The notes below the pieces were generated by a model that was given only the letters and a program-made list of their open reading frames with translations, made no database searches and was not told the origin of the DNA. A stretch of 62,998 nucleotides of DNA, the filler included, from Octopus bimaculoides (taxonomy: Eukaryota), in the NCBI RefSeq assembly GCF_001194135.2. It is 5 parts of 5 records of this genome, joined end to end, with 100 filler letters (N's around TTAATTAATTAA, not from the genome) between each part and the next. Parts side by side here need not be neighbours in the genome. Positions count along the whole stretch, not along the records: positions 35,346 to 57,719 come from NC_068982.1; positions 57,820 to 61,683 come from NC_068983.1; positions 61,784 to 62,998 come from NW_026400280.1; 2 more parts are not named here. One strand, 5' to 3'. Position numbers and translations under genes: made by a program. Below are positions 51,431-62,998 of the stretch, in pieces. How positions within the stretch are numbered: the stretch's first letter is position 1; each line of letters starts with the position of its first letter.

Positions 51431-51491
<61 letters not shown>

Positions 51492-52205
51492 GAGGATGAC
51501 GATGATGATGATGTTGATGTTGGTCATCCTAATCCTCTTGCTTCTCATCATCAACAACACTATCAGCATCTTAATCAATTACATCTGCTATTCTGATTGT
51601 TGTTTGATATGGAAGATATGTATGTGTGTTGGGAGGGGGTGCGCATGCAAGGTTTTGTTTGGTCTGGGGGCAAAGCAAAACACATAAACTACTGGTGAAT
51701 TTGATAACAATAACTTTTATTTTCAACATTTGCAAGTCTAAGTCTACATGAAAGATATGTGCAGTGTACGATTTCCAGAAATAATCGAAGTTCTGAGGCG
51801 GAATCGGGTGGCAGATATTAGTGCTGTGTACTAAATGGTAACAATATCGATTGACTGGTTGTCCCGAATATCAAAACAGAATTAGTTGTTAGTCGTTTAA
51901 ATAGAAAATCTTTAAATCTATAACAAATCCAATGTGGATGGCGAGAGTAGGGAAACGTGTGAATCGATTCGTCTGAATACCAGGTGACTACGTCTTTGTA
52001 GGCTCCCGAGTCCGAGAACGATGTTTCCGAAATTTCTTACTGAACTACCTGCTCAGATAGTTTGTTTACAGTGATCAAATGTATGTTTTGTAGATTATCT
52101 CAGTATCTCCATCAGCTCGATATTGCCTGTACAGATGCATGGTGGGTCACGCATTCAGACGTCGAAGTGATCGCATAACAGCATGAAGTGAAATGTTTTG
52201 CTTAC

Positions 52206-52495
52206 CCCATTACCTCCCATAATTATATTAACTGGAATTTTTTTATGAAACTTTGATTTCTAGCATAAAACAGCCTTAGAAACACGCTGGAATGATCAAA
52301 ATAACATTTCAAAATAACATTTTAAAGAGAAATAAGCGAGATATTGGGTGAAAAATTAGTAAACCTCATTTGAATATCAGAGAAATATATCTAGTAGATA
52401 TAGCAAAAAGGTTAGATATGTGTAAATATTGACAGATAATTACGAAATTTGTAATTTTTAAGTGATCTCATATGAGATCACTGGTACGTAATGGG
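52206..52495. mobile_element. piggyBac-like MITE nested in a SINE
   Basis: TTAC|CCCATTAC ... GTAATGGG|TTAA; removing it restores SINE-like GTTTTGC-TTAA-GCACAG. Confidence 0.7.
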
Positions 52496-53377
52496 TTAAG
52501 CACAGAGGCCTAGTCCAGGAACCGAACTCCGATCTCGCGAAAGTGAGTGCAACATCCGAACCACTAAGTCGTGCGTCCTCACACAAGTTAACTATATAAC
52601 TGTGGTATAAAAAAAGGCAGTTAGGGGAGGCCGTAAGTTCTTAGGTTCAAAGATTAGGATGTGTGGCTGAGTGACTTCATTCCTCTTAGATGAGTGATCA
52701 TTCTTTGACCTAGGATACCTGCATATGTAACAGCTGCCACGGTTTCAGATATTGGATCAACACTCCAGAATGTGTTCCCTGAGTCTTATTGTCAACTTGT
52801 AGATGTTGTAGGCTGAAGTATTTTTTCGACCCGAAGAGAATTCTAGTTTCTCTAATATAGTCTGTGCTATGTTGGGCACGTGGGTTCACAAAGAACTAGA
52901 ACAGATTCTCAGCTGTGATAGAGAGATTTCGCTCTTCTATTAGTCCATGCTTGGAAGGCGGGGGAGATGCGATATTTTCTCGATATATATATTAAGATAT
53001 ATGCATGTGACTATATACGTGGACGTTAGTTTATGACCGTGTATATGTGAATGCGTATGCATTTATATATATGTAAATGTGTGAGGAGGGGGTTGAGTAT
53101 GCGCAAGTCTGTGTGCACCCTCGTTTTTTTTTTTGTCTGTATATGAGTTATTAATATAATGCATCTGATATTCTATGAACTTTCTGTCAAATACTGTTTG
53201 TTCTGCCATCCTTTGCTATCAGTACAGATTTTCGCGGATTATTTTCTTTTTAGTCTCTAGATCAAAGGTTTTTGCATTTAGTTTTGCTGTTTCTTTTTTT
53301 CATTTAATTGTTCAGTGATCTTATTGCTCTCGTTACACATGATGACGATGACGATGACGATGACGATGTGTACCCGT

Positions 53378-53431
<54 letters not shown>

Positions 53432-53625
53432 AACTCTTGCGTTACTAGTTGCTTTTGATATTATTGTTGATGATGTTGTTGCTGTGTGTTTGATGTTTGT
53501 TATTGAGACAGCAATTAACAGAAGTCAATGGTGAAATATGGACTTAACATTTTGTCCATACGCTGACCGAATTATAGAATTTTCAATATATCGAACATTT
53601 TACTGATATTTTCTATCTTCTTCAA

Positions 53626-53690
<65 letters not shown>

Positions 53691-54439
53691 ATGATCTTGT
53701 GTTTGCTTTGTGTATGATTGTTCGTTTGCTTTTGATAGTGTTGTGGCTGTCGTGTTTTTGTAGTTTTCATTTTTCTCGTTCTCGAGAGCTTTGTGGTTTG
53801 ATGGTCGTTTCTGCATTACAGAAGAGTTCTTACTATGCTTTTAGAGATATTTTTGTATCATAGTTTACATAGTTACAAATTTTAGCACGTCTTTAAGAGT
53901 TTGTTATAGTTGCAGTCTTCTTTCTTTCTAAACTTTTATCAACTGACTTTTAATTTTATATTACAGACAATCTAATATACCTAGCAAAAATTCATCCCCT
54001 ACCCTACGTACAACTTCTATCTCCTTTCTGTTTCTATTCTATATCTATCTAAGCTATCTCTCCCTCTGTCTCTGCCCCCTCTCTCCCTCTCTCTCTCCCC
54101 TCTCTCTCCATATATACATATAAATGTGTGTGTGTAATATATATATATATATATATATTATTATACACACACACATTTATATGTATATATGGAGAGAGAG
54201 AGAGAGAGAGAGATGGGGAGAGACTGTGTATATGCATACGCATTCACATATACAGTCATATATATGTATATACATGTGTATGTATGTATTTAAAGTAGGG
54301 GCAACAGCGAAAGTTGGTCGTGAATGAGCTGATGGAAAAGCTGAGTTTGTTTTTATGCAGATATATATAACAGTTGCGCTGTTGTTGCTGCAATTCTTCC
54401 TTCTGATTTAAGCATACGGCCAGTAATTCCATCGTAGTC

Positions 54440-55700
54440 ATTATTTGAATGGCATTTTATCTTATCAGAATCTCAAAAGATTAAAGACAAAGTCGATCTA
54501 GACTTTGTTGAAATGAATAGCACAAACAAGTTTTTTCAGATGTTCTAACGATTCTACCAGCTCACTGTCGATTTTCCATATAATTCGGCATGACTCCATA
54601 AGTCTGCAATGTTCTACTTCTGGACGCGCGCATGTAGGGCGATTTTGAAGCTCTTCGAATCCATTGCAACACCATGCCCAAATCTCCACGCAGAAAATGT
54701 TGACTGTAAATGGACTATCTGACCAGCAGCACTCTTCCCCTATACAGAAATCGGAAGAGCAAGCGCTCCATTCTCACGAACTATGGAGTAGAACAAGGCA
54801 CATGTGTGAGGCCCTTCAGGAATACTGTCCTCTCAGTCCATTTCTATGTGAGACGAGCCAACCCATACTACGTCATTCCAGTTCTTGCCCACCTGAAAGT
54901 CTAGTCAAAATAAATCCAGGGCAATTTAACTGATCCATCCATCTAGCGCCCAATGACGCTGTACGACATCATGGAATTACCTCTGCAAGTGCAGAACCGC
55001 GGAGATACCGACATAACCAGGCTAAGCTTTGCTCTCTTCATTGCCCCCTTTCGCTTAGCGTTGTACCGATTACCTCTGTGTGTTTGGTGCCCGACACTAT
55101 TATTGTGACGATGTTCACATATGCAGATATGAATCGTTACCACCTTAGATCTTACAGAATGCTCCTCAAACACTCCAACGTCTGCAGTAATGGTTCTAAG
55201 GTCATTACGTACAGAAGATGTGAGAAGGACCACGCTCGGCGAACGATTCTTATATTTAAGAATCGGTCAAAGGCCAATTCCGTCGCCAGCATGTATTCAC
55301 AATGACCTTTCTTAGCTCCACTTCTATGTTACTAACTAGCTCTTCCTCTACCTTAGAATTCTCTATTGCTATTTCCTTATTAACTCATATCGATTCAAGT
55401 CTAATAGACCTTTCTAGAGCCATCCGCCATCGGTGGGTTTTGATTGCCTGTGTCAATTAACTTTTGACTAGCTCTCTAATCCTTTCTCTGCAAACATGAT
55501 GCATTCATAAAGATGCGTTCAACTTTCAGTTACTGGATTTCTGTCTATGCAACCTATTCAGGTCGACCATACAGATCACAAATTTCTTGTTTCTGTAGCT
55601 AACGAGTTTGAATTGTTGTTATCCTATGCTCTCCCGATCCGACGATCTTTGCCTATCTCCACAATGAAGCATTTGAGAAATTCACTCAAAATTTCTGAGC
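54440..55700 (-). mobile_element. Decayed L1/Tx1-clade LINE ORF2 (EN end + RT, internally deleted)
   Basis: Minus-strand frames give *KLNASL (YWKLN motif), SHLLYVMTLEPLL, SAYVNIVTIIVS (degraded YADD) and ERLLFRFLYRGRVLLVR...GDLGM. Confidence 0.7.
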
Positions 55701-56719
55701 ATCTTACATCTCTTCTCCTATCACCCTGCTTTACAGAGTCTTGCATTTATAACGTCTTTGTTTTTATTATGTACTTAGTTGTCTGTCCTCCTCACAAGAT
55801 TATATTTCAAGCCCGAAGGAGACGATGCGTGTGGGTAGTGAAGAACGGTGTGTTTTCGTGTGAGTCTATGTTTATGTTTGCTTTTGAATGGAAAGGGGAG
55901 TGAAGGAGAGTAATAAAGCGGTAGTTAATTAGGAGTGGTCATTTTTTGTTGTTCTTGTTTTCTTCACTGCTGTTGCTTTTTGTTTAAGATGGAAAGCCCT
56001 GAAGTTGCCTTCAGCATCATATATCTGGAATCATTGTCTCCTCTCAACAATAACACGCAGCTCTTCATTTAGCTGGTGGATAAGGTTGGAGATTTTTTCA
56101 ACTACCTGCAGTTTGATCTTCACTGTGGCCTCAAACCGAAACCCCTTTTCTGTTTTTCCCTTCGAGAAGGGAGTTACTGCCATCCAACAGACACAGGCTA
56201 AGTACCACCAGATGTCCATCTCTTGTGGAACTCTCATTATTTGAAGAGACAGATTCTTCTCTCTCAACATGATTGGCAGAAGGTAAGATCCCTGTCCCGT
56301 TTGGGAGCTATGGAATGCTTCAGAGCCAGGGCTTCGCTCTTGAAGAGGACCTCGACACTCCCAAACATCCTTGTTTAGGTTACGTGATCTATATCTTCTC
56401 ACATTTGTTTCAGATTTATTTTCGTATGTCGCTGTTTCTAGACATCGGGTTTTATTTGAGGCAGAGTGATGCACCACTGTTTTCTGAGCAGCCACTACCA
56501 AACCATTGGTTGGGAAGGCCGCTTCTGCTCTCATTTGTTGCTTAGTGAGATGAAGAAGTATACATTAATTATGCCGCTAACCCAACAAAAATTGCTTGCA
56601 TTTGAAGTCGTCTCCACAACACTTACTTTGTTGTCGTCGTTATTCTTGTTTTTACTTTTTATGTTGTCGCTTCTACCGTTAGTACTGCTGCTGCTGTTGT
56701 TGAGTTTGTAGTTAATATT

Positions 56720-57502
<783 letters not shown>

Positions 57503-57516
57503 CAACAACAATCATG

Positions 57517-57547
<31 letters not shown>

Positions 57548-57550
57548 TGA

Positions 57551-57719
57551 AAAATGAAAAATGACCAACAACTCAAAGGCCTACTAGCGATTGTTAAACA
57601 ATTCAGTGATGACATCAGGATGCAATTTGGCCTTGATAAATGTGCAAAAGCTACCTTTATCAAAGGAAAAATGACAAATACATCTAATGTGAACCTTGAC
57701 CAGCAAAATGTCATAAAAG
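57551..57719 (+). mobile_element. R4/Dong-like RT fragment starting directly after (AAT)n
   Basis: KNDQQLKGLLAIVKQFSDDIRMQFGLDKCAK. Confidence 0.75.
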
Positions 57720-57819
57720 NNNNNNNNNNNNNNNNNNNNNNNNNNNNNNNNNNNNNNNNNNNNTTAATTAATTAANNNNNNNNNNNNNNNNNNNNNNNNN
57801 NNNNNNNNNNNNNNNNNNN

Positions 57820-58040
57820 TATCGTAGTGGCATCTCCAGACCTCTTTCTTTGCATCCTCATTTAGTGCAAGCGTACCATCATCCATGTGAACACATTTCT
57901 CTCCTACGACATCACTATTCTCTCTCCTACACTGTCTTGCAACACAAAATACCTCGAGTCTTTGGTCCTCACGGCGCAGAACATTGGCAAATCTTTTCTT
58001 ATCTGCTTCCCCTCTGGCTAAATAAACCTGTCGCCTAGCC
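57820..58040 (-). mobile_element. RTE-like LINE ORF fragment
   Basis: EARRQVYLARGEADKKRFANVLRREDQRLEVF...DVVGEKCVHMDDGTLAL resembles the EN-RT tether of RTE-type elements. Confidence 0.55.
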
Positions 58041-58604
58041 TCCCTTCATATAATACAAAGGATATATAAGCATGTATACACACATATATGTACATACTTA
58101 CATCTACATGCATATTCAGGTACAGGACATTAGAAAAATGAACTTCAGACAATGGAACGAACACATAGGACAATAAATAACCACTTGGATTAATTCTTCA
58201 TCAGCTGCCTCTATTCTAAACTAGGCATTTCGAAGATAAGACAGGACGCACTCTTAGAATAGTTTCTTCCTGAGTAGTGGATCAACCCACTAAACAGAGA
58301 ATTCCAAGGTAGCAAACACAAACCAAGACAGGAAAAAATGGACAGTGAAAACAACATTAAAAAGCCGTAGGGCCAAATGCGAATCGAATATTGAACGCTA
58401 GTGATATGACGAAGCTGGACGGAGAAAAAACAGTTTGTCTCGCCTTCATGGTGGCTGGAGTGAGAAAAAGAGAGAGAGAGAGAGAGAGAATTGACCACAA
58501 GTCACATGTGAGCAGACAGGAGTAGTAGAGGGAGGAAGTGGAACAAACAGGGAGGAAGAGAGTGATGTGTATAGCAGTGTAGTGAAGAAGCAAGGACAAC
58601 GGCT

Positions 58605-58761
58605 GGCTTCTTTCAGTTTCCATCTACCAAATCCACTCACAAGGCTTTGGTCGGCCCGAGGTTATAGTAGAAAACACTTGCTCAAGGTGCCACACAGTGG
58701 GACTGAACCCAGGACCATGTGGTTGGTGAGGAAGCCACTTACCACACAGCCACTCCTACAC
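58605..58761 (-). mobile_element. SINE family B 5' half
   Basis: Antisense to 3531-3690. Confidence 0.8.
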
Positions 58762-59067
58762 TTATTCTTTATTTTATTTTATCATTTTGTCATCCTGCCC
58801 CATTCAATTGTCCATTTCACTGTTAATTTCTAGGAGTCTCTTTTCTCCCTAATTTAAATAAGTATGTCAAGTTGTCTGTGTTTATGGATGAAGTTAGTGC
58901 ATAATTTTACAAGAAAACTGTGCCACAAAGCATTGTTTTATATAGCCTGGTATTGAATTTATTTCACTTTATATTTTCTTCTGTAAACTAATTTTCTTTC
59001 TGAAATCAGGTTAGTTATTGTGTATGTCGTGTTTTCAATGTTATATATACACACAATGTTATATATA

Positions 59068-59386
59068 CACTCGGTTGGTTATGACAATGAGAAGCCTGGT
59101 TGATACAATCAACGGAACAGCTTGCTTGTGGAATTAATATGCAAGTGGATGAGCACTCTACAGACATGTGTACCCTTAGTGTAGTTCTCGGAGATTCTGC
59201 GTGACACAGAGTATGACAAGGCTGGCCCTTTGAAATACAGGTCCTACTCATTTTTGCCAGCTGAATGGACTGGAGTAACATGAAATAAAGTGTCTTGCTC
59301 AAGGAGACAATGCATCACTGGGAACTGAACTTATGATCTTACAATCGTGAGCCGAATGCTCTAACCACTAAGCCACATGCCTTCAC
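59068..59386 (-). mobile_element. SINE: head-2 + family A 3' module
   Basis: Colinear with 30086-30409. Confidence 0.78.
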
Positions 59387-59847
59387 TATATATATACACA
59401 GCTATTGAGTTAGGAGTACTAATTTGTATTGTAAGAAGGTTTTCCCTTTTAGATTTGGTGACTTCTTTAGCTTTGCTTTTACTATGAAAAAAAAGAAAAA
59501 CCCAGAAAATATTTGTGGTTCACTTGGTTCACTTTTCTGAATTTTTTTTGTCCCACGTTCTACTTCGGTCTTCCCAAGAAATGTGTGCCACAACCTTGAA
59601 CGGACAAAGTTTGTTTAGTGTGGAGGTTAACAACACATTCTTCATTGGCTGTTCACAAAGATAGGTAGGTTGTGAGTGAAGACAATGACCACACTAAAAT
59701 ATAATTGAGTTTATATTTACACAGATACATCCAATAAATTAAGGGAACAACATTTAATGAACATAACAATTAGGGGTCTTCTATCATACAACTTACTAAA
59801 TGATATGAATGTAGTGCAAGGAATTTAAATTACGGCATATAATTAAT

Positions 59848-60235
59848 TGTTGTTGTTGGCACTCTGTTGCTTACAACATCAAGGGTTCCAGTTGATCCGA
59901 TCAACAGAACAGCCTGCTCGTGAAATTAATGTGCAAGTGGCTGAGCACTCCACAGACACGTGTACCCTTAACATAGTTCTCGGGGATATTCAGCGTGACA
60001 CAGTGTGACAAGGCTGACCCTTTGAATTACAAGCACAACAGAAACAGGAAGTAAGAGTGAGAGAAAGTTGTGGTGAAAGAGTACAGCAGGGTTCACCACC
60101 ATCCCCTGCCGGAACCTCGTGGAGCTTTAAGTGTTTTCGCTCAATAAACACTCACAATGCCTGGTCTGGGAATCGAAACCGCGATCCTATGACTGCGAGT
60201 CCGCTGCCCTAACCACTGGGCCATTGCGCCTCCAC
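59848..60235 (-). mobile_element. SINE family A, CpG-decayed copy
   Basis: Colinear with 41623-42011, differing mostly by CG to TG/CA changes. Confidence 0.88.
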
Positions 60236-60695
60236 ATATAATTATATGTATTTTTTTTTATATAAGTTAATATGTTTTACTCAACACTACAAGTCCAAGT
60301 TACTGTCTTATGTTGAGTAACATACATTAAGCATGATACATAAGAAAACTGAAAAATGGGGAAGTAAGTCTATGAGACAAATATCAGAGGCAGAGTGATT
60401 TGGCCTGAGGTTGAATTGGCGAGCTTTTATAGAATCTTATAGAATCTTCAGTAAAGCTGTTTGACTGGAAAACTCATACAATTCCTTTGAACTCTGTTAT
60501 GTCGGACAAAATAAGTCAGTCAATGCTGTTCATAGAAGCGTTTCCCACGGCAAACACCTAGATTATTTTATCCAGTTCACCTTCTATGCCTGATACATAT
60601 ATTAATATATCATATTACACACACACACACACACAAGAGTGAGAGAGAGATGGAAAGTGAGAAAGAGAGAGCAGGAGAGAAAGATAAATGATAAG

Positions 60696-61069
60696 AAATG
60701 GAATGAAAGACATTCTTTATTTCAAATCACTACAATTGTTTTGACTCATTTCTAGACCCGGAGTACATTGGTGAGATGCTGTGTAATCATTATCATGCAT
60801 CCAAAGTGTAAAATACGTCTCCTCAAGCGATTGTTTCAAACAAGTTCTTCATTAAATACTTCTGTCATTTCACTTACACTGAGTGAAACAACAGTAGGGT
60901 CACACTGAGTAAAATGATGATAGGACTTATTTAAACAGTCACCTGAGGAAGCACATTTACATCTTGGATGTATGATAATGATTACATATTTCACCAATGT
61001 ACTACAGGTGTAAAAATGTGTTGAAACAATTGTAGTGATTTTAAATAAAGAATGCCATTCATTCCATTT
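60696..61069. mobile_element. Foldback element/MITE, ~155-bp diverged inverted arms
   Basis: AAATGGAATGAAAGACATTCTTTATTTCAAATCACTACAATTG ... CAATTGTAGTGATTTTAAATAAAGAATGCCATTCATTCCATTT; pairing continues to ~60853/60916. Confidence 0.8.
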
Positions 61070-61250
61070 TCTATTGTTTATCTATTCATAAACTCTATGG
61101 ATTCTATGGAATTCCTGATGTTTATCCAGTAGCAAGAGCATTTCCTCTGTATGATGGCATCAGGTAGCCAATAACTGTGGATGAGCTTTGCATAGCATTC
61201 TACAAGATTTTTGCCAGAAACTTATTTAAGTATACATATGTATATATATG

Positions 61251-61333
<83 letters not shown>

Positions 61334-61607
61334 CGTTTATATATTTGTTTTTTCAAGATTTTTGATGTGAAATCGTGTGTTGAAACAGATGTTGTTGTAT
61401 TTGGGGATGGTCATATTGCCAGTTTAGCCAATAAAAACACACAGATGAGGTCACAGAAGTGTGACAAAAGAACTCTGGCCGAAATAGGATTAATGTAATG
61501 TAATATAAAGATGAAGCAACTTAACACCAAATATACAGTGCGTGTGTTTTTATTGGCTAAACTGGCAACATGACCATCCCCAGATACAATAATATATATA
61601 TATATAG

Positions 61608-61647
<40 letters not shown>

Positions 61648-61783
61648 GACAAGTTACTTGAAGCATTTAACGAAATAGAAGGGNNNNNNNNNNNNNNNNN
61701 NNNNNNNNNNNNNNNNNNNNNNNNNNNTTAATTAATTAANNNNNNNNNNNNNNNNNNNNNNNNNNNNNNNNNNNNNNNNNNNN

Positions 61784-61888
61784 TTCCATTGATGTAAAAA
61801 TTTTTACGAAAAAGTAGAAAATGTGGATTTCTAATAACTTTTAAAAAGGCTTCACACAGACACACAACTTCGGCTTTATTATATTAGA
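61784..61888 (-). mobile_element. Helitron 5' terminus (same family as 26790-28605)
   Basis: Matches ~28500-28605; ends in plus-strand ...TTATATTAGA (minus-strand TC start). Confidence 0.8.
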
Positions 61889-62640
61889 CTAGCAGTATAA
61901 CCCGACCTTGTCCGGGTGTGACTTATTACGCCATCTATGATAAGTCTTGCTTGGTGAAAATCAACTAAAAAAGAAAGCCTTACAATGAAAAAACCGTTAT
62001 GATGTGAATATGTTCATAATTCAAAAGACGATGAAATTAATAGGGAAAGTCTGAAGGCTGTTTTGCGTAACATTATTAAGCGTACATAAATTTCATCCGT
62101 TTAATTGGCTATAGAAATGCTTGTACAAAACAACTTTTTGCGCTGCCCTGATTATACATAGCAGGGTAATCCCCTTTTAGCAGGAGGTAGGACGGCAATT
62201 TGTGATGAAGCAATTGATGGCGATCTGTTGCTACACAGTTTTGCCAGAATTCTATCAGATTCGACAGAAGATGTTGATGCACCATTTTGCATTATGTTCA
62301 AAGTAGCTTCTGGAATGTGGTGAATTGCTGCAGTCTGTTGCTGTCTTTTTAAACCAGTTGCTTTCTTTCCCCAGCAAACTCTCTTCTTTGGAGGCATAAT
62401 CTATGTATATATTAAACAGAACAACAAAAGTTATAATAGATGGCAGGGTCAGTACTTTTCACATATCTGTAATTTTTCAGATTAACACTCGCACGATTAC
62501 CCAACCCTAATCCTAACCCTAAACTCTAACCCTAACCCTAAAACCCTAACCCTGACCCTAAAACCGTAACCATAACACTAATCCTAACCCTAACCGTAAC
62601 CCTAACCCTGACCCTAAAACCCTAACCCTAACACCCTAGT
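61889..62640 (-). mobile_element. Helitron 3' portion (hairpin + CTAG), same family
   Basis: Colinear with 26790-27410 over ~620 bp. Confidence 0.88.
62500..62638. repeat. Degenerate (CCCTAA)n telomere-like array inside the Helitron
   Basis: CCCTAA/CCCTGA/CCGTAA/CCTAAAA units; the same array begins at 27398-27410 before the gap. Confidence 0.85.
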
Positions 62641-62998
62641 GAAAATCGTGGTATCTTTACAAAACATTGACGNNNNNNNNNNATCGTGGTATCTTTACAA
62701 AACATTGACGAACATGAGTTATATTTTACTGAATGATTGTGTACTTGCACGTGTATGCATTTGAGAGAGCGAGAGAAGAAGAGGTAGAGAGAGGGGGAGA
62801 AAGGAATAGGGGTAGTTAAAAGTTTTCTTATGACAGCTTTTCTTCACTGCCTATTACTTCATTAGAAATCTACGGATGCACATACGCACATAATAGAGAA
62901 AAATGAAACAAATATGGACGACTTGCTTCGAAACATCACTGAGTGGGAAACACTTCTCAAAAATAGCCTGCAGTTGTTTCCTTCAAAATTCCTACATG

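Noticed and set aside
56005-56550. 167-aa minus-strand ORF as a host gene
   Set aside because: Lies upstream of and co-oriented with the decayed L1/Tx1 ORF2; more likely an ORF1 remnant, but unsupported either way.
62500-62638. True chromosome end
   Set aside because: The array is degenerate, internal, and embedded at the same position in two Helitron copies.
62645-62710. 28-bp direct repeat flanking a 10-N gap (similar case at ~48071-48122)
   Set aside because: Typical unmerged contig overlap.

Overview
Eukaryotic, AT-rich, microsatellite- and retroelement-dense DNA. The repeat families and (TA)n/(CT)n/(AAT)n load are most consistent with an octopus/cephalopod genome; this is inference, with no database search. 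The window is five sub-scaffolds joined by identical 100-bp artificial spacers (44N-TTAATTAATTAA-44N at 15289, 35246, 57720, 61684). The only host gene I can support is a + strand rootletin (CROCC) fragment: seven GT-AG exons between 15435 and 32704 with consistent phases except across one junction, where an expected exon probably lies in an N gap. The 5' and 3' parts of the gene are not visible. Everything else is transposon-derived: three distinct Penelope-like elements, R4/Dong-like LINE pieces in (TAA)n tracts, decayed L1/Tx1, CR1-like, RTE, Gypsy-gag and Tc1/mariner remnants, non-autonomous Helitrons, TTAA-flanked piggyBac-like MITEs, foldback MITEs and several tRNA-headed SINE families. 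Best leads: (1) a young Penelope element whose terminal repeat holds a tRNA-like Pol III head, an (AAT)n spacer and a minimal hammerhead ribozyme motif; (2) a precise CTAG|TC head-to-tail Helitron junction in a family carrying TTAGGG-like repeats; (3) a CpG-decay contrast that follows sub-scaffold boundaries; (4) intronic inverted repeats next to several rootletin exons. Most supplied ORFs are microsatellite or N-gap artefacts. Repeat boundaries are read by eye and approximate to about 10-20 bp unless termini are given explicitly.
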